64,000 bases of DNA from Pelomyxa schiedti (lineage: Eukaryota; Protista; Evosea). The position numbers were made by a program, and so were the translations under genes. The DNA is taken from NCBI GenBank assembly GCA_020536535.1, contig JAHLWZ010000636.1, forward strand, positions 124,001 through 188,000, in the 5' to 3' direction. Under the pieces are notes generated by a model. The model was not told where the DNA came from, ran no database searches, and worked only from the letters and a program-made list of their open reading frames with translations. Of this stretch, positions 59,593 to 64,000 are shown in pieces (the stretch's first letter is position 1; every line of letters begins with the position of its first letter).

Positions 59593-61527
59593 TCAACAGA
59601 GGCCTTTAATTATGGTTAAGAAAGGCCATGCCAGGAATGGATTTACCTGCAGAAATGAAACAACTTCTGGCAAATCCTGTGGAAGTCCTGTTTGTGCCTG
59701 GATTAACTGTTCCACTGTGTTGCGGGTTACCATTCTATAGATGGTTGCATTGTGTCCAAAGCCCAATCTCTAAAAATCGCGTTAGTGTTTTTATTTCGTG
59801 CACTGGGCTACACACCACGTTGTTATTCAGTAAAACTCTACAAAAATAAGTGTGAATGTGATTATTGATTTTGCTTTTCCCTCATACCTGTCAAAGATAA
59901 TGAGAGTGTCGATTCTATGCAATAGGGGAAGCTGCGAAGAGAGTGCATTGGCATGAAGTAATGTAACAAATGGGATTATGGTTGGTTCCGGTTCCTGTGA
60001 AGAGCCGCGTGTGTAAGTGTGCCCCCGGAATATTATGAAGTCCTGTGCCATTTTAGTTATATAAAAAGATACAATGTAATTAAAAACACCTCCAAAATAT
60101 CTAGAACTCGTTCTGCTTGGGATATTATCAATACCTTAGACTCAATCAGTACGGGAATGAATGAGAACGACAGGAAATACCTGCGCCTCGGGTTTGGTTG
60201 AGGAGAGAAGCTTGTCAAGAGCCGATAATTTCCCAGATTCTGAAATTAAAAGAGAGCTTATGTCGTGAGGATTAGTCAGTCCCTCGCAGGAGCTCTGCTC
60301 CAAGTTGGGTAGCAGCCATGGGTGGCTACAGCACTGTTTTTCGTGTTTTGTGTCACGAAGTTCAAGAACTGACTAAATAATAATGGAACCTTCATTAAAT
60401 TCACAAGCAGCCCCAGTAGTTGTGTATGGGGATCGGTACTCTTAAAGGTTTTTAGGAATTGTGAGTACACCTTTTTTTGGGTAGAAGATAGCTCGACTGT
60501 CATCAACTGCTCAACCTTAACGCATAAGATTAAGAGATGTTGATTCCTTTTACAGAGTTGATAGTCGGGGGCAGAGGACTTGTTCTTCTTAATGTTCGCT
60601 CCGAAATAAATTTGTCAATTCCTCTCAGCATATCGTCTGTGGCTGGTTCACTGAAAGGGAATCGAATGGGGTCCAGCATATGCGCAAAAATTCTCTTCTC
60701 CCCAATACTCTAAATGCATTTATGTACTGTTTAAACCGAATGTGAATTCTTACCTGGGAAGAAGAATTGCAAATAAGGAGAAGATAATTTTTGTTCACCG
60801 AGTTGAGACACTGCATAACTAGACTTTCAGGATTTTTCAACCTATGGCACTGTTATATTCCGAAACTCTCTAGGAAAAATTACCTCTCAGCTTGGCTGAC
60901 TATCATACACTCCCACGGCACACCCCTCAGTATTGCTCTTTCCGCAACAAAATGCTCATAAGTTGTCAATAGAACATGGAATCTTATTTCAAAGTTGGGA
61001 GATGTGCAGTCTCCTCCAATGCAAAGAGTACCTGAATCTGGTTATAGTAGCGTCATCAGAACAACAAGGAGAATCATCTATCCATTGTGTCCGCTTCTTT
61101 TCTTCACGCACAGCAGAACTTCCATAAAGCAGTAAGCATCTCAACTGTGGTGCCCAGTGTTCAATTTCCTGAGACCACTGAGAGAGCGTGCCCAAAGTGG
61201 TAACAATCAAAGAGGGATTTGGCACCCCTTTCTCATTTCCAGAATATACTTTACCCAGCAACCCAGTTGCTTGAATTCCTTTTCCAAGTGCTTCCTTGTA
61301 GCAAAACCAGAATTGAGAGTCCCATCTTCTTGTGCAACACAAACCTCATCAGCCAGAATTGAATTTGTTCTCTTGCTCCAACACCCAAATAGCCACTCTA
61401 TTCCCTCCACCTTTTACAGGTTAGCCAAACTATATTTTCTTTATGCTCCCATCATCGTAACGGGCATTGCCACCTGCGCGGCCAACAAATCACCCTGCGC
61501 TCTCGAAATTGGTGCCGCCGCGGCCAT
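59593..61527 (-). CDS. Stand-alone Snf2/CHD-like helicase-fold protein with degenerate ATPase motifs
   Basis: LLAAQ|VEGIEWL...NSILADE|EALGKGIQ, SLIVTTLGTLSQWSQEIEHWAP, HVLLTTYE, WECMIVSQAER|LKN, VELSSTQKKVY, CSHPWLL, SGKLSALDKLL, and RLGFGHNATIYRMVTRNTVEQ. The 3' end is approximate. Confidence 0.8.
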
Positions 61528-61615
61528 TTCCCAACCCAAGAAGTAGATAATAATATGTATGTATATTTTTACAATTTTGAGGGTTTCTCAGCGTCCAAAG
61601 ACTGAGGGCGGTGAG

Positions 61616-63290
61616 TCACAAGGGGTCCACTGAGGTTGCAGAGGCATGGGACTCAGAATTTTGAACTTGTTGCTGCTGTTTGTATTTTTGGATCAATGGA
61701 GGCAAAAGTGAGTAGCACCAGCTGAGGGAATTCAATTGATTCACAACTGCTGCAAGGACATGCTCCAGCATGTGCAGTGTGTTTTCGTTTCTGTCAGGGA
61801 GTGGGAGATTGTTGAGTGCCACTGTTCCGCGGACAAGTATATCAGGGGTTTCTGAGCTCTGATCATAAAGAACGGAAGCAATTGCGTTGAATAGTGCTGC
61901 TGCGTTGTCACGGCCTTCATTACTCCCTAAAAAGGAGATAATCTCAGGGTCACAGGACATTTTTTTACAAAGGACCGAAAGCCTGATGTCAGTAATGTTG
62001 GTATCCTCTCCTCTGTGATTCATCAGTTGGGACATTACTTCTCAATTAAAAAAAAAACCTTTTTCCCAGTGCAGAGAGTAAAGTGGGAATGAAATCAATA
62101 ATTCGCACTTGAGGGTTCTGCGACAGTATTGCCGGTGCAGGCTATGAAGGTTAGGAAGGTTAATTTGGGAAACAGAACAAATACCGTAATTGGGTCGAGC
62201 GATTCATTAAGAGTACAAGGGGCTTCTTTTAGTAACTCACTGAACTCGTCCACTGGGGAAGGGTTGCTCTGTTCATGCGCAAGAAATAAAGTGGGGGAAC
62301 ATGATGCCATCTCAGGGATATCTTCTGAAAGACATGGGGATCCTGGGTCTAATTGCAGCTCTGGTACTAAGCCAGATGGTGGGAGGAATTGCGGCGACTG
62401 ATTCTCTGCCTCAACATGTGGTGAGTGACTAAGTGGTGGCAAGAAGTGAGGTGGTTGAGGTCCTGGGATCCGGAGCTGATTTCCATGAGGCTATATAATT
62501 ACTGTCAAAGGACCGAAAAAGAGGAGCCAGCAAGCAAAAGATAGAGGAAAATAAACAAACATAAGTAACAACAACAATAGTAAATAGGAACCGTGGAATC
62601 ACTGAGTAGTCGTGGCTGCAAACTCAGAAGTGAGGGCTTCCCTCTCCCTCTTCCACCGAGGCTCTGAGTCTGAGTCACAGACTGATTCTTTGGCTGCTGC
62701 TCAGAGCCGCAGCAACGGACGCACCACGAAGCGTCGCTTCTAGTTGTGGTCGACATCGCGGCGCTGATGCAGCTGACATAAGACGGCGGCAAAGGCGGCG
62801 ACGACGGCAAGGACGGCGGCGACGCGGACGAAGGCGAAGGCGGAGGCGTCCGCGGCAGCCGGGCATCACCCAGTCCAGGCGTCGTCGCGGGGCCGTTGCC
62901 GCACCGAACAGAGGTGATGGGGGTCTTGCCCGGGACCACAGGGGGAAGCTGCGGAACTGTCTGCGGGGGGTTACGGGATTCGGGGGGCGGCCTTGGGTTC
63001 TCTGGGCTGTTTTGTTTTTTCTTGGTTCTGCTGCTGTTGCTGGGAGGAGTGGTGAGCTGGGGCTGGGGGTGGGGATGTGGATGGGGGGAAGACTGGCGTG
63101 GGCCCTCTGACTCGGTTTCTTGGGCCCATGGAGGCCGGGGTGTGTTGCTTCGTGAGGGGCGTGTGTTTCCCTCTGGAGCGAGACGGTGCTGTTTTGGTTT
63201 CATAGTGTAACTGGCCCTACGCTGGATACTGCTTGGATCGAGCGTGGTGGTACTGGGCTGGCTCACTTCCTTAGTAGTTTGTTGACTCAT
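61616..63290 (-). CDS. Hypothetical protein: Pro/Ser-rich N-terminus plus unnamed C-terminal helical domain
   Basis: Exons in ORFs 62505-63473 (from MSQQT), 62095-62442 and 61616-62035. The last domain has a paralogue at 63616-63999. Confidence 0.6.
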
Positions 63291-63615
63291 GCTTGTGTTG
63301 GTTGTTTGTATTTGAGTGGTAGTTTGTTTTAAGTGACAGTGTGTGGTGTTGCGGCTTTTAATATTATTGCCCTCGCCGGTTGTTAACTCAAGTTTGTTGG
63401 TTTTATTTCCTTGTATTTTCCCCCGGAAGTTCCGGCGATGATAGTTCCACAATCCATTCCTAGAAAACAACATAGTTACGGGCTGGTGATTATTGTATTC
63501 CCAATATCTTAACTTGAAGTGCGGACTCCCGAGAGAACAAAGTAGGCAACGAAGTTGCTGAGCAAAAAAAATACAAAATTTATTATCTTACAGTATGAAG
63601 AATTTCTCGTGTATG

Positions 63616-64000
63616 TTACAAAGGCCCTGGGTAGGGAGTCAGAGAACGCAAATTGTCGAGGAATGGTGACAACAGTTCGCGGCTCTTGGCGAGATGTTCT
63701 CCTTGATTTTCCAATGATTCGTGGATTTGGATGATATTGTACAGCGCGGTATCGTTTCTCTCAGTGAGGGGGAGATAAGGGAGTAGTTCAATTCCCTTAC
63801 GAATTATGTAGGGGTCTAGGCGGTGCTTCCAAAGATTGTGCAGAATGGTATTGACTAGTGCACCAGTGATATCACGTCCATGTCGGTTTTTAAAAGAGCG
63901 GAACTGCCCTTTTAGGATAATGTGAAGAAGGGTATCGAGGCAGTTGAAACTTATAGTGGTGTCATCTCCTCTGTTGTGAAGAATAAGTAACCTTGTTGCC
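63616..64000 (-). CDS. 3' end of a gene paralogous to the 61616-62035 domain (5'-truncated by the window; absent from the ORF track)
   Basis: Open frame 63999->63616: LLILHNRGDDTTI...RHGRDITGALVNTIL...IIRKGIELLPYLPLTERNDTAL...LLSPFLDNL...GPL*. Confidence 0.65.
   Translation of the reverse strand, partial: ATRLLILHNRGDDTTISFNCLDTLLHIILKGQFRSFKNRHGRDITGALVNTILHNLWKHRLDPYIIRKGIELLPYLPLTERNDTALYNIIQIHESLENQGEHLAKSRELLSPFLDNLRSLTPYPGPL

Noticed and set aside
1-64000. tRNA, rRNA, CRISPR arrays, or stop-codon reassignment
   Set aside because: None was recognised. In-frame stops in conserved genes are all explained by canonical introns.

Overview
Gene-dense eukaryotic DNA with many short GT-AG introns (about 35-60 nt), most likely from an amoebozoan-type protist. 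The taxon is an inference from intron size and gene content; Archamoebae such as Pelomyxa would fit. About 24 protein-coding loci can be assembled by hand. Housekeeping genes: SMC2 3' part, HDHD5-like HAD hydrolase, capping protein alpha, a MED11-like gene, METTL2-like tRNA m3C methyltransferase, NOMO and METTL3. Signalling and ubiquitin genes: atypical Rho, RasGEF-PH-RhoGAP, TRIM-Rab7 fusion, RBR ligase, UBL-SPRY, SH3 protein and WD40-MORN-VPS9. An accessory block at 4.9-16.6 kb holds PARP-like ART-Nudix, ankyrin, Sel1, DUF3592-like, TRAF-zinc finger/Gly-rich and bacterial-type glycoside hydrolase genes. A nested transposon cluster lies at 35.5-38.0 kb. The best candidates for new biology are (1) a probable ADP-ribosyltransferase-Nudix writer/eraser fusion, (2) a TRIM (RBCC) protein ending in a Rab7-like GTPase, (3) a stand-alone Snf2 pseudo-ATPase, (4) a Rnd-like, insert-less Rho with a 6-nt microexon, and (5) a TG..CA element with a 5-bp TSD whose empty site is visible in the same window. 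All exon structures are manual and approximate, and no database searches were run. No tRNA, rRNA or CRISPR array was recognised.
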